23,287 nt of DNA, from the NCBI GenBank assembly GCA_000388065.2, contig KB932207.1. One strand, written 5' to 3'. Positions within the stretch are counted from its first letter, which is position 1. Each line of letters starts with the position of its first letter. Of the stretch, positions 1 through 10,399 are shown one piece after another. The notes beneath the pieces are model-generated. The model was given only the letters and a program-made list of their open reading frames with translations, did not search any database and was not told the DNA's origin. Position numbers and translations under genes: made by a program. Origin of the DNA: Fonticula alba ATCC 38817 (Eukaryota; Protista; Nucleariida).

Positions 1-448
1 CCGGTCGCCCGTGGGCTGTTCCTCGCTCCCCTTTCCAAAGGCTCACCAACCTTGTCGGTCCTCCTGAGCCGTTGTCCGGTGGCGCCTCGGGCGATGGTGG
101 CGCCCCCGCCGTCAGTGCCGCTTCCGGTACTTGTGCTGCTGCTGCTGCTGCTGCTGCTGTTGATGATGGTGATGGTGACGGCGACCACCATACTCAGGCC
201 GCCTGCACGAGCGATGACACGGCCACCGTGCCAGACAATGCCGGCGCCCTGGACCAGGGGACCGGCGCCTCGAGCGGTGACATCGACAGGTCGATCAGCA
301 CGGCTGAGCCCACTGAGCCTGGCCAGGCAGCGCAGCCTGCCATCTGCGACGTCTTCGCAAGCCACCCCCTTGCCGGCAACTCGGCCAGTCCGTTCCTGGT
401 GGACTCCTTCCGGCATTTCTTCCCCGAAAGCCCGGCCGGTACGGGTCT

Positions 449-482
<34 letters not shown>

Positions 483-1187
483 CTCCCCATCCACTTGGGG
501 GTTCAATTGACTGACCACTTGCCCCGCACTGATGTGTGGCCCTCGCCGCCGGGGTGTGGCCCCTTTCCCTGTCGCACCGCAGAGTACACCTGCTGGGACA
601 TGCGTGCGCTGGCACGCCGCCAAGGGTCCTCCCTGGCCAATGGCCCCGGCTCACGGATTGACTATATCCTCACCGATCGGAGTATGGTGCCGGGCATGGC
701 CGGCAGCCACCCATGGCGCTTGGCGCAGGCGATCCAATGCCCGCGAAACCACCCGCGTGTGAGCGACCACGCGGCCGTGGTGGTGGACTTCGCCTGGGCC
801 GACGACCATTGTCCCCGGGTGGAGGCCAGGGCTTTGGCCGAGCGGGCATCGGCCGCCGGGACTTACTCCCCGCCAGGGCCCTGCTCCCGGCACTATCCGC
901 CGATCGGGCACGACCCGCAACAGAAGTCCATTGCCTCTTTCTTCGCGGCGCCGAGCGCATCCGGCCCCCCTTGCCCGGACGAGGCAGCATCGGTGGGACC
1001 CCCTGGGCCTGGCCCGGGTGTGACGCCGGCCGCGCGGCCGACCGGCCTGGGCAGCCGGCCGGGCCCGGTCCCCGGGCCGAGACCCGCGCGCCGGATGCCA
1101 GCTCGACCGGGCCCGACCGGCAAGGCGCGCCCCCCGGCCGGCGCATCGCGAGCGATCTCGTCCTTCTTCGCGGCCGCGCCGAAATGA
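1..1187 (+). CDS. APEX2: APE2/Apn2-type AP endonuclease (EEP fold), 5'-partial; exons <1-438 and 583-1187
   Basis: Removing intron 439-582 (GTACGG...CAG) gives LVDSFRHFFPESPAEYTCWD...GSRIDYIL...SDHAAV, the C-terminal motifs of the ExoIII/APE family. A PIP box QKSIASFF (921-944) favours APE2 over APE1. The frame is open to the window edge. Confidence 0.85.
451..480. repeat. (TG)15 intronic microsatellite, representative of many CA/TG/CG/GA tracts (also about 2934-2967, 3146-3188, 20251-20306, 22320-22344)
   Basis: Directly visible. Confidence 0.95.
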
Positions 1188-1612
1188 CCCCCCCCCCCCC
1201 CCTGGGCATGTGTCCTCCCTGTCCGCCTGCCTGCCTGCCTGCTGGTCGGTGACCGCCCATGTAAATGCACGCGCCCCTCGGCGGGGGGCCACGCATACAC
1301 ACACATACACACACACACACACATAGACACATAGACAAACACACATGCGCACACATGTGCATGCCTGCGCACGCATATATCGACATGGGCATGGGCATGG
1401 TCACGCAGGCGCGCACTCACAAGCAAACAGGCAAGCAGGCAAACAAAGCAACATGGGAGCATGGCATGTGTACCCACGATGTGTCTACGATGTCTATTCA
1501 TGCTGGTGGTTGGTCGCGAACACGGCGGCCATTGTAGCACGGCCATCGGGGCAGCAGCGGCAGCCTGAAGCATGGGGCACAGGCAGCGGGACAAGGACAA
1601 GGCCGGGCGGCG

Positions 1613-2933
1613 TCAATCGCCGTCGGAGGAGTCGCTCAGCGAATGGTCATCCGAGGCCGAATGCCCGTCCAGACCCCGGCGGCCGGAATCCGAGGAGGAC
1701 CCTTCCGACAGGGAACCCGCACTCAGACCGGCACCGGCCTCATCGTCGGGCTCCGGCTCGCTGTCATCCCGGTCGATGTACTCGTCGTCCCCATCCTCGC
1801 CATACCCGTCATCCCCATCGCCGAGCCAGCGGCCATCGGCGCCTCCCGGCCCCGGGACATCGGACTCGTCCGACAGCAGGGCGATCGCATCCAGCGAGGG
1901 GATGAAGTGCTGGGACAGGGTCTCCTCATCGGAGCTGTCCACATCCACCACACTGCCCATGGGTCGCATGGGGCCAAAGTGCAAGCGCGCGCCACCGGGA
2001 TCCAGACCGGCGGCCGCCTCGCCGGCCTCCCTCTCGGAGTCGGATCCGGAATCCAGGCCGGGCTCGGGGCCGGCCGATCCCGCGGCCGGTCCAGCCAAGG
2101 GGACACCGGCGCCCCCCTCCAGACCGATGCGCCGCAGGAGCCTGGCGCGAGCACGCAGCCGCGCGCCCACCACCGCCGGATGCCCTGCCCCGAAGTCGGA
2201 TTCCAACTTGATGGCCCGCTCGGCGGGGTGGTCGCCCGGCGGGGGGCCGGTTTCGCGTGAGAGGGCCCGCGCAAACTGCCGGTTGCCGGCCAGGTGCCGG
2301 TCCTCCGGGGCCGGGAGCTCGGTCCACTGGCCGAGCCGGGCCCGCGGGATGGCCGTCACCGGCGGCAAGTACGCCAGCCCGGCGGCCAGGGCGCCAGGCC
2401 GCTTGCCGGTCTGCACCCACGGCGACCGGCTGTCGGTCCAGTCCAGGAAAGACCCCCACGGGTCGGTGCCCATGGCGGTTTCCGCGTGCTGCAGATCCTC
2501 CACCGCCCGGCGGTAGGCGGCCGTGTCTTGCGAGTGCGAGGCCAAGGACCGCACGCGCGCCCGCAGGGCCTCGCGCTCGGCTCGCTGCAGGGCGAAGGCC
2601 AGGCGCTCGATGGGCTCCGCAATGCCCAGCCGATAGCCGAAGGCCGTGCGCCGGTCGGCCAGCGGATCGGCCGGCGGCACGGCCTCCGTATAGAAGCCCA
2701 AGGAGTGCCGCATGATGGACTCCAACAGGACGCCCACCGCCACGAGCCCCGAATGATCCAGTGACCCGAAGAGATCGTGCTCCAGGTTGTCCGGGCCCTG
2801 GAAGACCGCCTCCGCGAAGAGCGACCCCGCATGGTGGATCTGCGCCAGGAAGTCCGGCGACGGGAGCGACGGCACGCCCAGCCGCATGCCAGTCAGGCTA
2901 GGCTCTACGGCAAGGGGCGGCCGAGTGTTCGCC

Positions 2934-2971
<38 letters not shown>

Positions 2972-3149
2972 CACGTGTGGATGTGTGTCAGCCATGTGCC
3001 GAGGACGTGCGGGCGACCGCGCCCGGGGCACGGCACCAGGAAAGCATGAAGGGCGAGGGACGGGCAAAAAGAGAGGCAAGCAGGGAAGCCGGGAAGGGGG
3101 AGGCGCAAGCGGGCCCGGGCCAAACCCAGGAGGAGGGGACAAAATCACA

Positions 3150-3180
<31 letters not shown>

Positions 3181-4007
3181 GCGCGCGCACGCACGCACGC
3201 ACCTGCCTGATTGACGCCCTCCTCGAACTGCCGGTGGGCGATGGCTCCATCCATGCGGTCCAGGAGGTCTTCCCGTTCGCGCACTGCCGGTGCCGTGGTG
3301 CTCAGCCGGCGCCGCGGGTCATCATACCGCTGGCCATGGCGCCAGGGGGCCGCGTGTCGGGGCCACGCGCGGGCCTGCTGCGCACGGCGACTGGCTGCCA
3401 CGGCCGCCCGAATGGCCCCCCGGTGCCGGGGCGAGTCGCGCCGAAGCGACCCGGCCCCCATGCGTCGGTCCCAGGATTGCAAGGAGGAGGACCGGGAAAA
3501 GGCGGCCCGATGTGCGGGCCCCATGCCGGCCCCCAGCCCGAGCGGATTGTCGAGGGTGGCCGGGGCCCGCGGCCGGCCCCGGTACCCATACTCCCGGGCC
3601 AGGATCCCCGGGTCGCCGTGGGCCGACCTCCGGGCCGCATCTTCCGCGGCCAGATCCCGCGCAATGGCCTCCAGCCGGCCAGCCCGCGGGTGGCCCAGGT
3701 CCCGAGCCCGGCGCACCCGATCCAAGTCCATGGGCGAGGCGCGTGCCCCGGCCGGCAGACGCTCCCAGGCCAGGGCCGGCCGCGTGGGGTCCCGGGCAAA
3801 GGGAGCATCGCGCGTGTGGCCGGCCTGCGGCTGGCGGGCCAGCTCCAGCGGCGTGAGCCGGCCCTGGCCCCGGGGCTGCGATGCCGGCCACTCACACACC
3901 CGGCCGAAGGCGGCGCAGGGGCCGCAGGCGGCCGGTCGCGCGGCCACCCGCCGCAAGCCGGCCGCCCGGATCGGCGCCGTCTCAGCTGCCCGGTCACTTG
4001 AGGCGAC

Positions 4008-4053
<46 letters not shown>

Positions 4054-4511
4054 TGCGAAGGCGACAGCGACGGTTGCGAGTCTTCCGAGGGCAGGAGGAG
4101 CCGGGCCGCGCGCGACCCACGATTGGCCCTCAGGCGCTTCGTCACGAAGGCCGACCCGGAGTAGTTGACAAACTCCGCGTCATCGGAGTCCTCATCCGAC
4201 AGGAAGGTGCCCGGGGTGCACTGGTTGACCAGGTGCGGCTGCGACTGGCATTGCAGGCATGGCCCCAGCGGCCCGGAAAGCATGGACGAGTCGGCCCTCG
4301 GCCGCGCGGGCAGCCGACCCTCGAGCGTTCTAAACACCCGGCGCTGCTGGACAGCGCGTGCCTGCAGGCCCAGGTTCAGCCGCGCCGAGACCGTCCGCGC
4401 CAGGAGGAAGCGCTCCTGCGCACCACGCCGGGTTGACTCATCCGCTGCCAGGGACTCCGGCAGCGGGGGGGCCTGTGGAGGGCCACCCGGCTGTGCGCGA
4501 TCGGGCCGCAT
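1613..4511 (-). CDS. Uncharacterised 866-aa protein with CCHC zinc knuckle, polyQ, Rrn10-like segment and acidic tail; exons 4511-3203 and 2904-1613
   Basis: A phase-1 intron 3202-2905 (GTGCGT...TAG) joins ORF-track frames 2988..5162 and 1613..3250; CDS is 2601 nt. Motifs: C-LQ-C-QSQP-H-LVNQ-C (4259-4218), Q14 (4049-4008), LPSPDFLAQIHH...LDHSGLVAVGVLLE (about 2866-2699). The start codon is the first ATG after a CA/low-complexity stretch and is inferred. Confidence 0.75.
4008..4049 (-). repeat. (CAG)13-CAA coding trinucleotide repeat, polyQ of 14
   Basis: CTG run on the + strand inside exon 1 of the 1613-4511 gene. Confidence 0.95.
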
Positions 4512-5089
4512 GGTGCGAGCGCGCGCACACGAGGCGAGGGAGAGGGGGGGGGGGAGTGCGGGGTGCGGAGTGCGTGTGTTTCTATGTGTATGGGGTAGGA
4601 GCGTGGGCGTGCGTGTCTTCTGGGCGCTGGTTGCGCGAAAGGGATGGAGGGGATGAGGGGGAAGGAGGGGAAGGAGAGCAGGGCACTCGCTTCTCGGGTG
4701 CCGATCGCCCCCGGGGACACGCGCGCGCGATCGCCGCCGTCTGATGAGCCCAGCCCGCCCGGGACGACCTCGAGCGTTGGCATCTCCGCGAGGTCGTGCT
4801 TCCGAGTCTTTTTGTGTGTGTGTATATTGCACAGCCGGGGGTGTTTTTTCTTCTTTTTTTTTCCCCCCGACAAGAGGGGCGAAAAGGGGCGGACAGGGCA
4901 CGAGGGGAGGGAGATACACCAGACAGGAGGGCCCGAAATGCGGGCAGGGAGGGGAGATCGTCGGGAGGCGGCGCGGACCTGCCGAGTGCGCCTTGCCGGG
5001 CCTCCCTTCTGCGGCAAAGGGGGCCAGAGGGCGAGCGGGGGGGAGGGAGGAGGGCATGGCCGGGCACGGGGGTGTCGGCAGGCCGGTGG

Positions 5090-8000
5090 CTACTTGGAGC
5101 GCATGCGCAGACTGATGGCCGACAGGACACGGACCACGACCACACAGGCGAACAGGCCCCACAGGAGGGTGGCTGTCGAGGCAATCAGATGCGTCACGCC
5201 GCCGCCATTGTTCATGTAGTGGTGCCGCTGGAGGAGAGCACTATGTGCGCCAGGCGCGGGTCGTGGGTCGTGGGTCGCGGGTCGTGGGTCGCGGGTCGTG
5301 GGTCGTGGGTGGTGGAGGTGGGCGTGTTAGTGAGCGGGCAGGCGGGCAGGCGGGCAGGCGGGCCGGGCACAGGAATGCAGGAGCCACAGGCAGCAGGCCA
5401 GAACCAAGGGCCGGAGCCACGTACAACTGCAGGGGCCCGTATTTGCCATTGCCATACAGCTCGGCGATGCAGCAGCCAGCAAAGGCATAGTGCATGGGGT
5501 TGATCCAGAAGATCCACCCCCAGGTGCGAAGCATCAGCGGCAGGTAGACAAAGAAATTGCCGAAGGGCACGATGAACACCAGCGCGATGAAGGTAAACAG
5601 CCGGGCCGCCGCGCCGGGGCTCTGGCACAGATCGATGGTGAACTGCAGGTCCGAGGGTCGCCCGGCACCGGGTTGTGTGGACGTGTCAGCGTGCCGAGCG
5701 TGTGGGTCTGGGGGAGGGGAGGGGGGGGGGGGGGGGGNNNNNNNNNNNNNNNNNNNNNNNNNNNNNNNNNNNNNNNNNNNNNNNNNNNNNNNNNNNNNNN
5801 NNNNNNNNNNNNNNNNNNNNNNNNNNNAAGACAAAGACGCACATCCAGCAGACCCAAACCGAAGAGGCCCATGAAGAGCGTCGACAGCCAGTACTGTCCG
5901 AAGATGCCGGGCCAGTGGTAGAGCGGCAGGGAGTAGACGACCGGAACCACCCAGAGGACGGCCAGCATGGCAACAAACAGGGCATCCACCAGCAGGGTGC
6001 TCAGGGTGAAGAGCCACGCCGAGTCGGTCCCCAGGCGGGACTGGCGCACGGCCACCCGGCGCGAGAGGAACCGGTGCCCGGGGTTCCAGCCGGAGGGCGA
6101 CCGGCCGGCCGACAGCAGCAGCGGCACCACCACCAAGAAAAGGCTGAGGGTGATGAAGAATTGCGCCAGCCGGGCGCTCGCCTGGTCCGAGTGATCCGGC
6201 CGCATGTCGTAGAAGATGGACAGGAAGAAGGCCATGGCCGGGGGGAAGACCGTGAGCACGGGGAACAGGGGGATCAGGTGCAGCCGCGCTTGGACCTGGT
6301 CCAGCATGTTCAGCCCCAGCAAGAAGGGGATGCGGCTGCGCAGGGCCGGGCGCCGGCGCCTGGGGCGGTCGGGGGGGGGGGGTGGGGGGGGGGAAGAGAT
6401 CCCAGCGGCCGGGGTTGCACTCAGTGAGTTAGGATGGCAAGCGAGAGGCCGAGCGGGACCGCCGGCCCGGGGGGCAGGGGGGCGAGCCGGCCCGAAAGGG
6501 CGACCGGGCAGCCAGGCAGACCGAGTACACACCAGTATGGCGCCCGGAAGCAGGCCAGCGAGTCGGCTCCGGCAAACGGGGAGACCCCATCTCCCGGGGC
6601 CTCGCCCGCCAGGGCACCCATTTCGGGGAGGGCCTTCGACAGGTCCATCTGCTGAATGGCCGAGGGGGTTTCGGAAGGGGACATCAGCGCCGGGAGGAAC
6701 CCCTCGACCAGAAGGTCTACTCAGGGCAGGAGGGAGGGGGGGGGGGGAGGGAGGGAGGGGCGAGCAGGTAGACACCTGTGTAGGTCAGTGACCGGCAGGG
6801 CATCGTGCACATTGTCCCGCGAGCCGCACAGTCACGGAGGGCACGCACCCGCGTCGCGTAGCAGGGATCCACGCGCCGCGGCGGCGGTCTCCGGCGATGC
6901 GAGCACATGCTCCGGGTAGAGGGACTCCAGGGCGGCGGCCAGCGCCTCGGCTCCGGGCCCCGGGGCCCCGGAGAAGAGCAACTTCCCTGACACGAAGAGC
7001 AGGAGCTGATCGGCATTCGAGAGAACCGACGCCTGGAGGTCGTCCAGCTCCGAGACAATGGTGTACCCCTGGGCCGCCAGCCGGCGCAAGATGATCGAGT
7101 AGGTGACTGCGTCCGAGTGCGAGAGGCCGGCGGCGAAGCGCTCAATGCAAATGACACCTATTGTCAAGAGTGGAGGGGGAGAGAATGTCCGGGTGTGGGG
7201 TGAGTGGTGAGCAGCAGCGGCAGCAGCAGAAGGCGCATGGTGGGCGACATGCGCCCAGTGGCAGCGAGAGAGAGAGGGACAGGGAAAGAGACAGAGAAGC
7301 GGAGCGGGGAACATACCTGCCCGCTGGAGGATGACCTGAGCCAAACACAGGAGCTTGAGCTCCAGCAGGCCCAGGCGCAGGGGCAGCGGCGCCGGGCGCA
7401 GGGACTTGTCCCCGGAGGCCAGCTGCTCCAGGTGATCCATGTCCGGCAGGTCGATGGCCGACGCGGCGATGGTCGAGACAAAGCGCTGCCCGGGGAGCCC
7501 GGTGCCGGCCACCTCGGCCACGTCGCAATCCCGCAGACACAGGGCCGCCAGGTGCTGCAGGCCCAGAGCCCGGAGGACGTGGGCCACGGCAGCCCGCGCA
7601 GCAGCCGGCGTGCCATGATGCCGACGCGCCGTGGCCAGCAGCACCTGCGACAGGCGCTGGTGCGAGTGCCCGATGGCCAGGTGGGCGTCGGTGGAGATGT
7701 GCCCCACGTGCGGCTGGTACCGGGCCCACACGTCGGCCTCCTGCTCCGGCGTCGAGGAGAGCGACAGTTGCCGGGCGGCGTGGCTGTTCTCCTGGCCCGG
7801 GTGCAGGGCCACCGGCTGACACAGCCCGGCGATGGTGCCGGAATTCTTCCGGCAGGCCAGCAGATCCAAGAGAATGCGACTGGTGCAGCCTGCCGATCGG
7901 CGGCCAAAGGCCCGGGCAGACGGGAGGCGGGGGGAGGTGGTCAGCTGCGGGTCTCGCGGCCCAGGGGCGAGGGGGGGGGGAAACCCGAATGGGCAGGGCC

Positions 8001-8382
8001 CCAAGGGGTGCCCAGAGGCCCGGGCCATGCTCGGCCACACGAACGCACCGCGCAGGAGCACAAACTTGCCGCCCGCGATGTCGGTGCTCAGGCCAAAGAG
8101 GCAGTCCACCCGCGAGGACAGGTCCGATCCTTCGAGCTCCGGCAGCACGGCAGCCGCCGAGGCCCCGGCGCGCGCCGATGAAGACAGCCGATCTGGCAGG
8201 AAGGAGAAGTTCCGGAAGGAGAACCCATACGACTCGGCCAGGGGGTAGAGCCCGGCTCCCGGGGGCAGGGAGTGTGCCGGGCTGAAGTACTCCGCGTCCG
8301 AGGCCAGCTCGCCGGTCGGCGCCGGGGTCATGTACACATCGCGAGCGTCCCCGAGCAGCGAGAACTGCTCAGCCGTCGACAT
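5090..8382 (-). CDS. Half-size ABCG (NBD-TMD) transporter-like protein with degenerate NBD, about 761 aa; exons 8382-8049, 7889-7317, 7157-6849, 6716-6533, 6359-5843, 5642-5425, 5240-5090
   Basis: Six GT-AG introns give a 2286-nt open CDS. NBD scaffold: LFGLSTDIAGGKFVLL, RILLDLLACRKNSG, LRRLAAQGYTIVS, DQLLLFVSGKLLFSG. ABC2-type TMD includes WIFWINPMHYAF and a terminal TM helix. One intron spans N-gap 5738-5827, and extra 5' exons in gap 8400-9048 cannot be excluded. Confidence 0.85.
5258..5310. repeat. Intronic heptamer tandem repeat (GGGTCGY)x7
   Basis: Directly visible in the last ABCG intron, next to the acceptor. Confidence 0.9.
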
Positions 8383-8399
8383 GGCTTCAAGGTGACACG

Positions 8400-9048
8400 N
8401 NNNNNNNNNNNNNNNNNNNNNNNNNNNNNNNNNNNNNNNNNNNNNNNNNNNNNNNNNNNNNNNNNNNNNNNNNNNNNNNNNNNNNNNNNNNNNNNNNNNN
8501 NNNNNNNNNNNNNNNNNNNNNNNNNNNNNNNNNNNNNNNNNNNNNNNNNNNNNNNNNNNNNNNNNNNNNNNNNNNNNNNNNNNNNNNNNNNNNNNNNNNN
8601 NNNNNNNNNNNNNNNNNNNNNNNNNNNNNNNNNNNNNNNNNNNNNNNNNNNNNNNNNNNNNNNNNNNNNNNNNNNNNNNNNNNNNNNNNNNNNNNNNNNN
8701 NNNNNNNNNNNNNNNNNNNNNNNNNNNNNNNNNNNNNNNNNNNNNNNNNNNNNNNNNNNNNNNNNNNNNNNNNNNNNNNNNNNNNNNNNNNNNNNNNNNN
8801 NNNNNNNNNNNNNNNNNNNNNNNNNNNNNNNNNNNNNNNNNNNNNNNNNNNNNNNNNNNNNNNNNNNNNNNNNNNNNNNNNNNNNNNNNNNNNNNNNNNN
8901 NNNNNNNNNNNNNNNNNNNNNNNNNNNNNNNNNNNNNNNNNNNNNNNNNNNNNNNNNNNNNNNNNNNNNNNNNNNNNNNNNNNNNNNNNNNNNNNNNNNN
9001 NNNNNNNNNNNNNNNNNNNNNNNNNNNNNNNNNNNNNNNNNNNNNNNN
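8400..9048. other. Assembly gap (N-run); other gaps at 5738-5827, 20387-20562 and 21782-22065
   Basis: N characters; each gap abuts a G- or C-homopolymer on at least one side. Confidence 0.99.
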
Positions 9049-10399
9049 CCCCCCTCCCCCCGCCCGCCCCGACAGGGGAGAAGAAGCAGCTCCCCTTTTC
9101 GTGCCCTCGAACAGCCTACCCCTCGCGCTGTGTGCTCGCCCGACCGCACGAAATGAATACCAACTGAGTTTGAGCTCGCTTGGGTGCTCCCTGGACCGGG
9201 GTCACGCCCGTCTCGATGGGAAGCATGTGCGCCGCACATGATCACACTGCAGTCGTGGGAACACCAACCCATGGTGTTCCTCCTCAAGGGTCGCCAGGCG
9301 CGCGCGCGGGGGGGGGGCCGCACGGAGTACACCGGTGCCCCTGTTGGCGGCCCGCCCGCCTGGCCGTGGGGCACCTGGCCCTGCGAGCAAGCCCGAACGG
9401 CGTGCTCGCTACCGGCCCCCGCCCGCGCTCGATGTGCAGTCGGCTGCGACCAGGAGGGCCGGGACCGGGCGCGGGCCTCTGCGTGGCTGCCGCGCCGACA
9501 TACACCGATGTGTGCGCGCGTGCGCGCGCCCCCCGATCCCTGCGGCAGATGAATGGGGCGGGTTCGTAACGACCCGAAACGCCCCCCCACTCCCCGGGAG
9601 GCGGTTGGCGCTGCCTGCGTCTGTCCCCCTGCCCACCCCGCGAGGGGGCGGCCAAGGAGGAATGCGCCTGCCCCCTTGCCGCCCCTCGTCCGCGAGGGCG
9701 CGGCCGGGCACACGGCACCCGCGGCGGCGCGCCCCGGCCCGGAGGTCGACTCTGGCTGGGGCGGCCCGGTTGTCAGTTGTCACCTCTCGCCCGCTGGGGG
9801 CGCCCATTCGAGGCCCTGGTTCCAGCGGATTACCCCGGTTCTCGGGGGGGAGGGGGGGGGGGGGGGGCGTATGGGGCCCTGCGTAAATGTGCCTGGGACA
9901 TGCCTTGCCGCTGGCCGCCAGGTGCCGCGCACCTCCGGCCCTCCCCCTCTCCCCACGCACGCCGGTCCGCCAGTGCCCCTTCCAGGGTCACCCATCCGGC
10001 CGGGGTCGCGCGATGGGCCGGTCGCCCGTGGCCTGCCCCCCCCCCCCCCAGGGGAGGATGGGCCCGGCTGGGCCACGCCCGAGTTGATGTTGCCCGACGG
10101 AGCAGTGCCCCACATTGGTAATTACACTCACCTAGCAGGCGGGCCCCGGCAGCCGCCGCCCCCCCCCCCCCCGCGCGCGTTTGTGTGTGGGGCTCCGGGT
10201 CCCAGAGGGGATTGTTTACCCCTCGCCGAGCCCGTCGATCTCTTTCACACGAGCGCGACCCAAATGCCCCTGGACTGCCGGCCGCCGGCCGCAGGCCGAA
10301 ACACCTTTTCTCTCGGCCCGCCCCTCCCCCTCCCCCCCCCTCCTCCTCACCCCCGTTCCCCCTCCCCAGGAAGACACCCACCCACCCACGGCGCCGGCC

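Noticed and set aside
5090-8382. Calling the ABCG gene a pseudogene
   Set aside because: The spliced frame is uninterrupted across seven exons with consensus splice sites and a complete TMD.
8400-9048. N-gaps as possible hidden mobile elements
   Set aside because: There are no terminal repeats or transposase/RT fragments at the flanks; the adjacent G/C homopolymers suggest sequencing dropout. The gap content itself cannot be seen.
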